Positions 49,924 through 60,175 of a stretch of DNA of 64,000 nt are shown here, piece after piece. The DNA is from an uncultured bacterium (GTDB taxonomy: Bacteria > Actinomycetota > Actinomycetes > JAVEEB01): positions 84,614-148,613 of the forward strand of contig CAXSDE010000001.1 in the NCBI GenBank assembly GCA_964236265.1, written 5' to 3'. Positions within the stretch are counted from its first letter, which is position 1. The number at the start of each line of letters is the position of its first letter. A program made the translations under genes and the position numbers. A model generated the notes under the pieces. That model did not search any database. It was not told the DNA's origin and saw nothing but the letters and a program-made list of their open reading frames with translations.

Positions 49924-50940
49924 TCAGCCCTTGACGGCGGGGCCGCTGCCCTTTTTCACGTCCTCCGTGCCGCCCGTGGGCTTGGGGTTGGGCGCCCCGG
50001 TTGCCGTCGCCGCCATCGCCGCAAACGCCTGATCGATCGCGACGCGCTGCTCCGGTGTCACCTGGACGACGTCAGCCAGGTCCAGGACGGGGCTGGTCGC
50101 AACGGCCAGCAACAGGCTGTCAGCGACGTGGACAGGCGCGCCGTCGTCAACGATGAAGTGCACGTCTGTCACGGTGCGACCCCAGACGATCACGCGTCGG
50201 CCGGACTCCCCGACTCCCACATCGACGGCGTCGCTCAGCTGCGCGGTGCTGCCATCAGGGAGGTGCCGCAGGCTGCACCCGGGCAGGTCGGCTGGGCACA
50301 CCGTCGGTATGTCGGTCGGGTGCACCACTGCGCCCGTGACCACCACCACCCCGCCTCTGACCGCCGTCATCCCGCCACTGGTAGCGCCGTCACCCAGCCC
50401 GAACTTCGCCGCGTACGTGCCGGACGGCGACGCCCCGGACAGCAGCGCCTGCATCGAGTCGTCGGCCCCGGACTCCGGGACGGAGTAGCCGGCGGTCGTC
50501 AGCCTGGCCTTGATGTCGGCGACGATCGCCTCGAGTTTCGCCGTCCGCGAGGCCTTCAGCGCCGCGAGCCCCGGGATCTGACGGTCGTCGAGCTGGATAC
50601 TTCCGTGCGCGGGCACCGAAGCCTTGTCGTCGGTGGTGGCCCGGTTGCCGTCGGCCGGATCGTCGGCCGGATTGCTGGCCGACGGGACAACCGTGGCCTT
50701 GTCATTCGCGGTGGCAGCCCCGCTGCCTGCAGCAGTGCCGAGGCCGCCATCGTGTGGTGACCACGGCAGTGCGACCACGGCCGTGACGACGAGCGCGGCA
50801 ACCGCGGCCCCACTGATCGAGGCCGTGAGGGAGCGCCGCCGGCGTCGAGAGTGGCCGGCACGCATGATCTGCGCGCGCGTCGTCCGCACCGGGGGTTCGT
50901 TCTGGATCGACGCGTCGAACGCGTCCTTCAGCTCGTTCAT
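49924..50940 (-). CDS. Putative membrane-anchored anti-sigma factor cotranscribed with the ECF sigma.
   Basis: ATG 5 nt after the sigma stop, with an AGGAAG RBS. MNELKDAFDASIQNEPPV... is the cytoplasmic part, with one TM helix LTASISGAAVAALVVTAVVAL and then a roughly 230-aa extracytoplasmic domain. Confidence 0.5.
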   Translation of the reverse strand: MNELKDAFDASIQNEPPVRTTRAQIMRAGHSRRRRRSLTASISGAAVAALVVTAVVALPWSPHDGGLGTAAGSGAATANDKATVVPSASNPADDPADGNRATTDDKASVPAHGSIQLDDRQIPGLAALKASRTAKLEAIVADIKARLTTAGYSVPESGADDSMQALLSGASPSGTYAAKFGLGDGATSGGMTAVRGGVVVVTGAVVHPTDIPTVCPADLPGCSLRHLPDGSTAQLSDAVDVGVGESGRRVIVWGRTVTDVHFIVDDGAPVHVADSLLLAVATSPVLDLADVVQVTPEQRVAIDQAFAAMAATATGAPNPKPTGGTEDVKKGSGPAVKG

Positions 50941-50945
50941 GGGAC

Positions 50946-51464
50946 TCACTTCCTGGCAGGGAAATCGGGGGCCAGACCGGACGGTTGGGCCATCAGCTCG
51001 CGGAGGCGGGCAAGTCCGCGGGCGCAGTAGCTCTTGACGGTGCCGGTGCCGATGCCCAAGGTCCGCGCGGTCTCCTCGACCGTCAGGTCCTCCCAATACC
51101 GCAGGACCACCGCGGCTCGTTGCTGCGCAGGCAGAGCGCCGAGTGCGGTGAGCAGTTCGTCCCGCACCTCGTACGACGTGCCGGTCTGTGCGGCGCTGTC
51201 GGGCAGGTACGCTGTCACCCGTTCACGTCGCCACGGTCTGCGCCGCTCGTCGAGGAACACGCGCACCAGAACGCGCCGCGCATAGCTGTCGACCGCTTCC
51301 CGCGCGTTGAGCCCCGGCCATGCGGCATACATGCGAATCAACGTCGTCTGAGCAAGATCTTCCGCGGAGTGCCAATTGCCACACAGGAAGAACGCGGTGC
51401 GGCGCAACGCGGGCAACCGCGCATCGACGTACTCGCCGAACTGCTCTTCCTCATGCGCTCGCAT
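50946..51464 (-). CDS. ECF (group IV) RNA polymerase sigma factor.
   Basis: Region 2 ...EDLAQTTLIRMYAAW... and region 4 ...LTVEETARTLGIGTGTVKSYCARGLARLRELM. Confidence 0.88.
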   Translation of the reverse strand: MRAHEEEQFGEYVDARLPALRRTAFFLCGNWHSAEDLAQTTLIRMYAAWPGLNAREAVDSYARRVLVRVFLDERRRPWRRERVTAYLPDSAAQTGTSYEVRDELLTALGALPAQQRAAVVLRYWEDLTVEETARTLGIGTGTVKSYCARGLARLRELMAQPSGLAPDFPARK

Positions 51465-51536
51465 CCGCGCCCCTCTCCGTTCCGGTCGGCGTCTACACGC
51501 GCGGGACGGGCGGCACGGTTGCCACGATCCGCATAG

Positions 51537-52454
51537 TCAGTCCAAGTCGCGGCGATGCGGTGGATCCGCTCCCACGCGGGCGCAGGTCACCGCCGCGGCG
51601 CGCATCCCGTAGCGGAGCGCAGCCTGCAGCTGCTCCGACGTGACGGTCAGCCGCCCGCCGAGCAGCCCCGCATCGTGCAGGTGCACGAGCAGCCCGGCGG
51701 TGAACGTGTCACCCGCCGCGACGGTGTCCACGACGGTGGTCGGCGGAGCCGGCAGTCGCACCGTCCCCTCGCGGGTGGCGGCGATGACGCCCCCGGACCC
51801 GAGCGTCACGATCGCGACAGCCGGCCCCATGGCCTGCCAGCGTTGCACCACGGCCTCGGGGTCCTCGCCCGGATACAGCACCTCGACGTCGTCCGCGCTG
51901 GCCTTCATGATGTCGGCGATCCCGCACCAGCGGGTCACGTCGGTCCGCATCAGCTCGGCGCTGCCGACGATCGACGGCCGCACGTTGGGGTCGATGCAGA
52001 TCGTTGCAGAAGCCTTGCTACGCACGAGAAATCGCTCGAGTGCCTCGGCTCCCGGAGCGAGGGCCAATGCCAGGGACCCGGCGTGCACGGCCATCACCTC
52101 GGCCGGCACCTGCGCGGGAAATTCGCTGTCGGTCCATTGCCAGTCGGCGCGCCCGACGATGTCGAACCGGTACGACGCTGCGCCCGTCTCGTCGAGGTCG
52201 ACGATGGCGATGCTGCTCGCCTCGCTCGCGGCCACGGCCATCGACAGGTCCACCTCGTTGCCCTCGAGGTGCGCGCGCAGCCGCCGCCCGAACGAGTCAC
52301 CCGACAGTCGCGCGAGCAACGACGTCCGGACACCGAGCCGCGCGAGGGCGACGGCCGCGTTCGCGGGACTGCCGCCGGGGATGGCGCTGTAGCGCGCGCC
52401 CGTGGCGTCGTCGGGCACGAGATCGACGAGTGCCTCGCCGCACACGAGGATCAT
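51537..52454 (-). CDS. PfkB-family carbohydrate kinase (fructokinase / keto-deoxy-sugar kinase-like).
   Basis: 305 aa. MILVCGEALVDLVPDD... N-terminus and the ...VVDTVAAGDTFTAGLL... (DTxGAGD) motif. Confidence 0.85.
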   Translation of the reverse strand: MILVCGEALVDLVPDDATGARYSAIPGGSPANAAVALARLGVRTSLLARLSGDSFGRRLRAHLEGNEVDLSMAVAASEASSIAIVDLDETGAASYRFDIVGRADWQWTDSEFPAQVPAEVMAVHAGSLALALAPGAEALERFLVRSKASATICIDPNVRPSIVGSAELMRTDVTRWCGIADIMKASADDVEVLYPGEDPEAVVQRWQAMGPAVAIVTLGSGGVIAATREGTVRLPAPPTTVVDTVAAGDTFTAGLLVHLHDAGLLGGRLTVTSEQLQAALRYGMRAAAVTCARVGADPPHRRDLD

Positions 52455-53695
52455 GGCGCGACCGGTCCGGCGGGCGGGGTCACCGTGTCGAGCTTCTGCG
52501 CGCGGACGGCGGCAACGAGGCTCGGCGCCAGCGGCAGCCGCGGGATCAGCGTGGCCTGGATCGCGTGATAGATGTCGGGCTTGCCCGACCACACGGTGGC
52601 GGCCGGCACGTTGCTCTCGTCGAGCTCGTGCCGCCAGCTCCCGAGTCCCCTGTCGAGGAGGTGCACCTCCGCGAACGCCCACAGTAATGCGTAGACGTCT
52701 GCGTACGACTCTGCTCCGAAGCGGTGCCACAATGCCGCCGCGGCGCCGATGCCCTCCGTGACGACCCAGTGCAGTCGCGTGCGCACGACGGGCGCGTCGT
52801 CCCACCCGATCGTGTAGACGAATCCGTCGGTGCCATCGACGGACCAGCCCAGGCGCATGGCGTTGGCGAACAGGGCGGCCGCGGACTCGGCGAGCCAGTC
52901 GGGCGGATTCGCGAGCGACGCCTCGAGGTGCAGCAGCAGCCGGCTCCATTCCAGCCAGTGACCGATGGTCAGGCCGTAGGGGCGGAACTGGTCCGCCGGG
53001 CTGTCCTCGTTGTAGCGCGGCAGCGGCTCCCAGCTGGTGTCGAAATGCTCGACGAGCCGCCAGCCGAACCCGCGGGCGGCGTCGTTGACGATGCGTTCGG
53101 CGATGAGCAACGCGCGCTCACGCAACTGCGCGTCCGGCACCGCGTCGGCCGCGGCGAGCAGTGCCTCGACGGCGTGCATGTTGCTGTTGGCGCCGCGATA
53201 GGCCTCCGCGTCGGACCAGTCTTCGGAGAAGCTCTCCTGATGCGCTCCGTGGTCGGCCTCCCAGAAGTGCTCGTCGAGCGTCGCGAGCGCCAGCGCGAGC
53301 AGCTCGTCGGAACGCGGGCGTCCCGCCTGCACCGCGCTCGCCGCCGCCAGGACGACGAACGCATGCTGGTAGGCCTCCTTGCGGTCGGACAGCGGCGCGT
53401 TGGTCGCATCGACCGCAGAATGCCAGCCACCGTTGACCTTGTCGTGCAGCCGGCCGAGCAGCGCATCGAGGCCGTGATCGACCAGCACCTCGCAGCCGGG
53501 CTCGTCGAGCAGCACGCCGAGGGCGAACACGTGCGTCATCCGACCGGTCAGCCACGTCTCGACGGGCTCCGGCAACTCAGCCGCGCCACTCGTGTCGAGT
53601 CGGGCAAAGCCCCCGTCGGGGTGCACGGCGCCGCGGGCGAAGTCGAGCAGCCGCGTCGTCTCGGCGGCGAGCCAGTCGGCATGCGTGGAAGTCAT
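52451..53695 (-). CDS. N-acylglucosamine 2-epimerase (AGE) family sugar epimerase/isomerase.
   Basis: 414 aa. The alpha/alpha-barrel AGE pattern gives the best fit. Overlaps the kinase start by 4 bp, so they form an operon. Confidence 0.7.
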   Translation of the reverse strand: MTSTHADWLAAETTRLLDFARGAVHPDGGFARLDTSGAAELPEPVETWLTGRMTHVFALGVLLDEPGCEVLVDHGLDALLGRLHDKVNGGWHSAVDATNAPLSDRKEAYQHAFVVLAAASAVQAGRPRSDELLALALATLDEHFWEADHGAHQESFSEDWSDAEAYRGANSNMHAVEALLAAADAVPDAQLRERALLIAERIVNDAARGFGWRLVEHFDTSWEPLPRYNEDSPADQFRPYGLTIGHWLEWSRLLLHLEASLANPPDWLAESAAALFANAMRLGWSVDGTDGFVYTIGWDDAPVVRTRLHWVVTEGIGAAAALWHRFGAESYADVYALLWAFAEVHLLDRGLGSWRHELDESNVPAATVWSGKPDIYHAIQATLIPRLPLAPSLVAAVRAQKLDTVTPPAGPVAP

Positions 53696-53785
53696 GCGTG
53701 CAGCTTGCCATGACGCCCTGACGCCCTGACGCCCTGACGGACTGACGCGGTCGTCACCGTGCCGGACCCGGCGGGCATCGCCGCG

Positions 53786-54799
53786 TCACGCGCCTCGGAC
53801 CAGTGGGGCGACGGCCGTGCCGAACAACTCGATCGCGTGGAGCACTTGCTCGTGCGGCAACGTGCCGACGCTCAGATGCAGCAGGAAGCGCTCGATGCCG
53901 AGCAACTCCCGCAGCCGCAGGATCTTCGCGGCCACGTCCGCCGGCGCGCCGATGACCATGCCGCCGTCGGGCGCCGCCATCTGGTCGAAGCTCTGCCGGG
54001 ACATCGGTGGCCAGCCACGCTCCCGGCCGATCGTCGTCACCGCCCGCGCGTAGGGACCGTAGAACTGTTCCTTGGCCTCCTCGAACGAGTCGGCGATAAA
54101 ACCGTGCGCGTTGACGGCGAGCGGCTGCCGCGGGTGGCCGCCCTGCTCCTGCGCCTGGCGATACAGCTCGGCGAGCGGCACGAAGCGGTCCGGGGATCCG
54201 CCGATGATCGCGAGGATCATCGGGAGACCGAGAAACCCTGCTCGTACGACGGACTGCGGGTTGCCGCCCACGCCGATCCACACGGGCAGCGGTGTCTGCA
54301 CGGGCCGCGGAAACACCGGCTGGTCGTGAAGCGCCGCCCGGAAGCGGCCCGACCAGGTGACCCGTTCGTTGTCGCGCAGGGCCAGCAACAGCCCGAGCTT
54401 GTCGGCGAACAGGTCGTCGTAGTCCTCGAGGTCGTAGCCGAACAGCGGAAAGGACTCGGTGAACGAGCCGCGGCCCGCGATGATCTCGGCGCGACCACCG
54501 GACAGCTGGTCCAGGGTGGCAAACTCCTCGAACACCCGCACGGGGTCGTCCGTCGACAGCACCGTCACGGCGCTCGTCAACCGGATGCGCGACGTACGCG
54601 CGGCGATCGCCGCGAGCACCACCGCGGGCGCAGGGGCCGCGAAGTCAGCGCGGTGATGCTCACCGACGCCGTAGACGTCGAGGCCCAGCTGATCGGCCAG
54701 CTCCGCCTCGGCGATGACCTGCTGCAACCGGTCGCCGGCCGGCGTTTCGGCGCCGTTCACGGGATGCGTCTCGACGAACGTCGTGATGCCGAGCTCCAT
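53786..54799 (-). CDS. LLM-class (luciferase-like) flavin-dependent oxidoreductase.
   Basis: MELGITTFVETHP...LGLDVYGVGEHH... is a luciferase-like TIM-barrel signature. Strong AGGAAGGA RBS before the ATG at 54799. Confidence 0.8.
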   Translation of the reverse strand: MELGITTFVETHPVNGAETPAGDRLQQVIAEAELADQLGLDVYGVGEHHRADFAAPAPAVVLAAIAARTSRIRLTSAVTVLSTDDPVRVFEEFATLDQLSGGRAEIIAGRGSFTESFPLFGYDLEDYDDLFADKLGLLLALRDNERVTWSGRFRAALHDQPVFPRPVQTPLPVWIGVGGNPQSVVRAGFLGLPMILAIIGGSPDRFVPLAELYRQAQEQGGHPRQPLAVNAHGFIADSFEEAKEQFYGPYARAVTTIGRERGWPPMSRQSFDQMAAPDGGMVIGAPADVAAKILRLRELLGIERFLLHLSVGTLPHEQVLHAIELFGTAVAPLVRGA

Positions 54800-54887
54800 C
54801 AGATGTCCTTCCTGGCCCTCGTACGACGAAGCACCGCACATCCGAAGCCACGGTGGTGCGGTGCTGTCGTCGTACCAGAAGAGTCTG

Positions 54888-56453
54888 TCAGCTGTAGCGC
54901 CGACCACTGCGGGACGAGGCGCTGACACCCGCGGCGGAGTGGGCCCGACCGCTGGAGCCGGTGCGCGCACCGCCGCCGGAACGGGCGCCGGCGGACGACG
55001 CTGCGCCCTGGGCGCGGGCCGGGCGCGGCTTGCGGGAGGTCGTCTGGATCTGCTCGACCTTCGGCACGGGGATGACCGGTGCGGCCTTTTCGCCGACGAG
55101 CTCCCGCACGCGCGGATGCATGGCGGTGACGGTGCCCTGCTCGGGGCGGATGCCGGCCTGGCGCATCAGCAGCGCAACGTCGCGCTGCTGCTCGGGCAGC
55201 ACGACCGTCACGACGATCCCCGACGCGCCGGCGCGGGCGGTGCGACCGCTGCGGTGCAGGTAGGCCTTGTGCTCCGTCGGCGGGTCGACGTGCACGACCA
55301 GCTCGATGTCGTCGACGTGCACACCGCGGGCCGCGACGTCGGTCGCGACGAGCACGCGCACCGCACCGGAGGAGAACGCGGCGAGGTTCCTGTCGCGGGC
55401 GTTCTGCGCAAGGTTGCCGTGCAGGTCGACGGACGGGATGCCGGCGGCGGTCAGTTGCGCGGACAGCTTCTTCGCCGCGTGCTTCGTGCGCATGAACAGC
55501 AGCGACCGACCGGTGCCGGACGCGAGCTCCCGCACGAGCGCGTTCTTCTCGTCCGTGCCGGAGACCGACAGGATGTGGTGCTCCATCGTGGAGACCGCGG
55601 CGCTCGGCGGGTCGACCGAGTGGATCGCCGGGTCGTGGAGGTAACGCTGCACGATGACGTCGATGCCGTTGTCGAGCGTGGCGCTGAACAGCAGGCGCTG
55701 GACGCCCTTCGGGGTCGCATCGAGGATGCGCTTGACGCCGGGGAGGAAGCCGAGGTCGGCCATGTGGTCGGCCTCGTCCAGCACGGTGATCTCGACCTTG
55801 TCGAGCTGCACGAAGCGCTGCTTCATCAGGTCCTCGAGACGGCCGGGACAGGCGATGACGATGTCGACACCGTCGCGCAGCGCCCGCACCTGACGCTCCT
55901 GCGAGACACCGCCGAAGATGGTGGTGACGCGCTGCTTCACAGCGGCCGCGAGCGGTGCGAGGACTGCCGCGACCTGCGTCGCGAGCTCGCGCGTCGGCAC
56001 GAGGATCAGCGCGCGCGGCTTGAACGGCTGGGCGAGCTCGCCCGACCAGGACAGCACCGACACGACGGGCAGCGCGAACGCCACCGTCTTGCCGCTGCCG
56101 GTCTTGCCGCGGCCGATGACGTCACGGCCGGCGAGGCTGTCGGTCAACGTGGCGGCCTGGATCGCGAAAGGCTTCGTCACGCCGGTCTTTGTCAGAGCGG
56201 CGACGACGGGCGCGGGGATGTCGAGCTCGGCAAACGATTCGAGGTCCGGTACGACGGACGACGTCGGCTCGAGATCTGGGACGGGAGCGCTGGGGCGGGG
56301 CGCGGGGGCCTGGCGGGCCTGCGGTTGCCGGGGCGTTTGCTGACGCGCCTGGGCCTGCTCCGAAGCCGGACGGCGCGAGGGGCGGGACGGGCGTCGAGGG
56401 GCTTGGCCGGAGTTGTTGGTGGGCGTGCTGGTGCTGGGGGCGTTGCTGGGCAC
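54888..56453 (-). CDS. DEAD-box ATP-dependent RNA helicase with a Pro/Gln/Ala-rich N-terminal and a Ser/Arg-rich C-terminal tail.
   Basis: Q-motif FAIQ, Walker A GRGKTGSGKT, VLDEADHM (DEAD), SAT, HRSGRTARAG. Confidence 0.9.
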   Translation of the reverse strand: MPSNAPSTSTPTNNSGQAPRRPSRPSRRPASEQAQARQQTPRQPQARQAPAPRPSAPVPDLEPTSSVVPDLESFAELDIPAPVVAALTKTGVTKPFAIQAATLTDSLAGRDVIGRGKTGSGKTVAFALPVVSVLSWSGELAQPFKPRALILVPTRELATQVAAVLAPLAAAVKQRVTTIFGGVSQERQVRALRDGVDIVIACPGRLEDLMKQRFVQLDKVEITVLDEADHMADLGFLPGVKRILDATPKGVQRLLFSATLDNGIDVIVQRYLHDPAIHSVDPPSAAVSTMEHHILSVSGTDEKNALVRELASGTGRSLLFMRTKHAAKKLSAQLTAAGIPSVDLHGNLAQNARDRNLAAFSSGAVRVLVATDVAARGVHVDDIELVVHVDPPTEHKAYLHRSGRTARAGASGIVVTVVLPEQQRDVALLMRQAGIRPEQGTVTAMHPRVRELVGEKAAPVIPVPKVEQIQTTSRKPRPARAQGAASSAGARSGGGARTGSSGRAHSAAGVSASSRSGRRYS

Positions 56454-56902
56454 AGAGATGTCCTTCGTAGCGGCGGGTGGCCGGGAAATGCGTGGCGACC
56501 CGCTAATGAAAGAAGGAAACCGTGCGCCGAGTGGTCAGGCGCGGTGCAGATTCGACCTCGTGTGAGCCACATCGGCAGCACACGACAGGGACAAGAGTAG
56601 CCGATGTCGATCTATTCCGTACGCGCCGTCGCGCCGTCACGCCGTCGAGGGAGCGGCGCGGAGGTCGCGCTCCCAGTCGACCCTGCCAAGACGGGTCAGT
56701 CGTCCCGTCGAGGCGCGGACCACCCGCCGGGGGCGACCGGAACTAGTTGAACTGACAACTTTATCAGAACGCAGGGTGACCTCGAAAGTAACAAGACGGC
56801 AACGCCTGTCCGTCGCCCTTGACAGCTTTCCGGAGCCCGTAGGAGTGTGCGCCTCGCAGACTCATGACAACGATGTCACATGCGTACCGGAGGGAACCAC
56901 TG

Positions 56903-58300
56903 ATGGGCTTTCAACGACGGGCCGCAGCCGCGGCAGTCGCAGTCGGCGCACTGCTCTCGGCAGCCGCCTGCAGCAGCAACTCGAGCTCGGGATCGGCCGC
57001 GGGTGCCACCACCAGCGCCTCGTCGCCGGCGGCACCACCGGCGAGTTCCGCGAGCTCCGCCTCGTCCACTCCCGCCGATGCGTCGAGCAGCGCGGCCAGC
57101 AGCGCGGCCAGCAGCCCGCCCGCCGCCGGCACCGCGACCGGCAAGGTCGAGGTCTTCACGTGGTGGGCCGACGGCGGGGAGAAGGCCGGCCTCGATGGAC
57201 TCGTCAGCTCCTTCAAGACCCAATGTCCGGGCGCGGAGTTCGTCAACGGCGCTGTCGCCGGTGGTGCCGGAGCCCAGGCCAAGCAGGTGCTCGCCTCACG
57301 GTTGCAGCAGAGTGACCCGCCCGAGACCTTCCAGGCGCACGCGGGCGCGGAGCTCACCGACTACATCAACAACGGTCAGGTCGAGGACCTCAGCGCCGAC
57401 TACCAGGCGTGGGGGCTCGACAAGGCGTTCCCGCCGGGGCTCATCAGCAGCCTCACGGTCGACGGGAAGATCTACTCCGTGCCGGCCAACATCCACCGGG
57501 CGAATGTGCTGTGGAGCAACAAGAAGGTGCTGGCGGATGCCGGCATAACGACCGACGCGAAGACGCTGGACGAGTTCTTCGCGGACCTCGACAAGGTGAA
57601 GGCCAAGGGAATCGCGGCCCCGCTCGCCGTCGGCAAGGACTGGACGCAGCTCATGCTGCTCGAGGCGGTGCTCATCACCGACGTCGGCCCGGACAAGTAC
57701 GCGGGTCTGTGGAACGGGTCGACGGACTGGACCAGCGCCGAGGTGACGAAGGGCCTCAACGACTTCAAGCGCCTGCTGACCTACTCCAACTCCGACCGCG
57801 ACGCCCTCGACTGGACGGACGCCGAGAAGTCCATCATGGACGGCAAGGCGGCCTACCAGCTCATGGGCGACTGGGAGGCGGCGGACCTCGACACGAAGGG
57901 GTTCAAGAACTACGGCTTCGCGACCTTCCCGGGCAACGGGTCCACCTACCAGTGGCTCGCGGACTCGTTCGTCCTGCCGAAGGGGGCGAAGAATGTCGAG
58001 GGTGCCAAGTGCTGGCTGAAGACCGTCGGCAGCGCCGAGGGGCAGAAGGCCTTCAACACCAAGAAGGGCTCGATCCCGGCTCGCATCGACGCGTCGGTGG
58101 CCGATTACCCCCCCTACCAGCAGGCCGCCATGGCCGACTGGAAGACGTTCAAGCAGGTGCCGTCCTGCGCGCACGGTTCCGGTTGCACGCAGGCGATGCA
58201 GGGGGCTGTCAACTCGGCCCTCGGTGCCTATTCGTCGAATCACGACCTGGGCGCGCTACAGAAGGCCCTCGGCGCGGCCGCCGCGCTGGCCAAGCAGTAA
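56903..58300 (+). CDS. Sugar ABC transporter substrate-binding lipoprotein (solute-binding protein family 1).
   Basis: MGFQRRAAAAAVAVGALLSAAAC is a lipobox. GGAGGGA RBS 8 nt upstream. Ser-rich linker, then an SBP_bac_1-type fold. Confidence 0.85.
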   Translation: MGFQRRAAAAAVAVGALLSAAACSSNSSSGSAAGATTSASSPAAPPASSASSASSTPADASSSAASSAASSPPAAGTATGKVEVFTWWADGGEKAGLDGLVSSFKTQCPGAEFVNGAVAGGAGAQAKQVLASRLQQSDPPETFQAHAGAELTDYINNGQVEDLSADYQAWGLDKAFPPGLISSLTVDGKIYSVPANIHRANVLWSNKKVLADAGITTDAKTLDEFFADLDKVKAKGIAAPLAVGKDWTQLMLLEAVLITDVGPDKYAGLWNGSTDWTSAEVTKGLNDFKRLLTYSNSDRDALDWTDAEKSIMDGKAAYQLMGDWEAADLDTKGFKNYGFATFPGNGSTYQWLADSFVLPKGAKNVEGAKCWLKTVGSAEGQKAFNTKKGSIPARIDASVADYPPYQQAAMADWKTFKQVPSCAHGSGCTQAMQGAVNSALGAYSSNHDLGALQKALGAAAALAKQ

Positions 58301-58379
58301 CGACATTCACCATCGCTGGACCCGCTGGCGGGTGGGAGTGAACGCCCACCCGCCAGCACCTTTGCCGTCGAGGAGACGC

Positions 58380-59276
58380 ATGCACACGCGGATGAAGACG
58401 TGGGGGCCCGGCCTTGTCCTGCTGTCCCCCTCCCTTGTCCTGCTCGGGGTCTTCGTGTACGGCCTCATCGGCTGGACGGTGAAGCTGTCGATCTCCAACC
58501 AGCACAATGCACGCGGCTCCAAGGGCTACGTGGGCCTGACCAACTACACCAACCTCTTCACGAGGGACGTCAACGACCGCTTTCTCCACTCGTTGGGCAA
58601 CCTGCTGGTGTTCACGGTCGTCTTCGTCGTCGGCACGCTGCTCTTGGGTCTCCTGTGGGCGTTCATCCTCGAGCGCGGGGTGCGCGCCGAGGGCTTCTTC
58701 CGCACCATCTACCTCTTCCCGATGGCGGTGTCGTTCGTCGCGTCCGGCGTCGTGTGGCGCTGGCTCATGAACCCCGGCACCGGCCAGAACGCCGGTGGTC
58801 TCAACACGATCTTCGGCGGCCTCGGGCTCCCGTTCCTCGAGAACCACTGGTGGACGAGCCCACGCTGGGGCATGGCTGCGATGGCGATGCCCGCCATCTG
58901 GCAGCTGTCCGGCTACGTCATGGCGTTGTTTCTCGCGGGTTTCCGGGGGATCCCACGCGAACTGCGCGAGGCGGCCGCCATGGACGGGGCCACCACGTAC
59001 CAGCTCTATCGCCGTGTCCTGTTCCCGCAGCTCACGCCCGTCGCGCTGTCCGCGCTCATCATCATCGGCCACATGTCCATGAAGATGTTCGACCTGATCA
59101 TGTCGGTGTCGGGACCGCAGTGGCTGACCGAGGTGCCATCGGTCTACGTCTGGCAGGCGCTGCTCACCAGCGACTATGCGAAGGCCGCGGCCATCTCCGT
59201 GATCCTGCTGATCCTCGTGGCCGTCGTGATCGTGCCCTACCTCATCCACAGCTCGCGCACGGAGCGCAAGTCATGA
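58380..59276 (+). CDS. Sugar ABC transporter permease (MalF/UgpA-like).
   Basis: 6 TM helices and the EAA loop ...FRGIPRELREAAAMDGAT... RBS GAGGAGA. Confidence 0.88.
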   Translation: MHTRMKTWGPGLVLLSPSLVLLGVFVYGLIGWTVKLSISNQHNARGSKGYVGLTNYTNLFTRDVNDRFLHSLGNLLVFTVVFVVGTLLLGLLWAFILERGVRAEGFFRTIYLFPMAVSFVASGVVWRWLMNPGTGQNAGGLNTIFGGLGLPFLENHWWTSPRWGMAAMAMPAIWQLSGYVMALFLAGFRGIPRELREAAAMDGATTYQLYRRVLFPQLTPVALSALIIIGHMSMKMFDLIMSVSGPQWLTEVPSVYVWQALLTSDYAKAAAISVILLILVAVVIVPYLIHSSRTERKS

Positions 59277-60175
59277 CCACGACCAGCCTCGCCGCACCGC
59301 CGACGACCGTCGAGCCCGTGCCCCGAGCGAAGGCCCCGGGGGCGGAGCTCACGCGCCGGTCCGTCGCCGGCGGCATCGTGAAGTACGCCCTGGCGGTGTT
59401 CTTCCTCTTCCTCGTGCTGATGCCGGCGTACGTGCTCATCGTCACGAGTTTCAAGGCCGGCTCGGAGATCGGCGTGAGCAGCCAGTGGACGCTGCCGGCC
59501 CACTGGACGCTGTCGTCATGGCGGAAGGCGTGGACCGCGCTCGGCCCATCGTTCTTCCGGACCTTCGAGCTCGCCGTGCCCGTCGCCGTCATCTCGTCCC
59601 TGCTGGGGGCGGCGAACGGCTTCGTGCTGTCGCGCTGGCGGTTCCCCGGCGCCGACATCGTCTTCACGCTGATCCTGTTCGGGATGTTCATCCCCTACCA
59701 GGCGGTGATGATCCCGCTGCGGGAAATCGTGAGCACGCTGGGCATCCCGGCCGGCATTCCGACGCTGATCTTCGTGCACACCGTCTACGGCATCCCGATC
59801 TGCACGCTCATCTTCCGCAACTACTACGCGACGATCGTGCCCGTCGAGATCGTCGAAGCGAGCCGCGTGGACGGTGCGGGGCTGCTGCGCACGTTCCGCT
59901 CGGTCATCCTGCCGATCTCCGGCCCCGGCTTCGTGGTCACCGTCATCTGGCAGTTCACGTCGGCGTGGAACGACTACCTGTTCGCCATCTTCCTGTCCAA
60001 CACGCGCAACGGGCCGATCACCATCGCGCTCAATGCCCTGGCGGGCGCGCAGTCACCCGACTACGCCGCCTCGATGGCCGGCGCGCTCATCACGTCGCTG
60101 CCGACGCTGGTCGTCTACGTGCTCCTCGGCCGCTGGTTCATCGGCGGCCTGATGGCCGGGTCCGTCAAGGGTTGA
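59273..60175 (+). CDS. Sugar ABC transporter permease (MalG/UgpE-like).
   Basis: The ATG overlaps the upstream stop (ATGA). EAA loop ...EIVEASRVDGAGLLRTF... Confidence 0.88.
   Translation: MTTTSLAAPPTTVEPVPRAKAPGAELTRRSVAGGIVKYALAVFFLFLVLMPAYVLIVTSFKAGSEIGVSSQWTLPAHWTLSSWRKAWTALGPSFFRTFELAVPVAVISSLLGAANGFVLSRWRFPGADIVFTLILFGMFIPYQAVMIPLREIVSTLGIPAGIPTLIFVHTVYGIPICTLIFRNYYATIVPVEIVEASRVDGAGLLRTFRSVILPISGPGFVVTVIWQFTSAWNDYLFAIFLSNTRNGPITIALNALAGAQSPDYAASMAGALITSLPTLVVYVLLGRWFIGGLMAGSVKG

Noticed and set aside
58400-60175. 591-aa plus-strand ORF spanning both ABC permeases.
   Set aside because: It is a frame artefact. The first half is an out-of-frame read of permease 1. The two real genes (58380-59276 and 59273-60175) each have RBS/ATGA coupling and canonical EAA loops.
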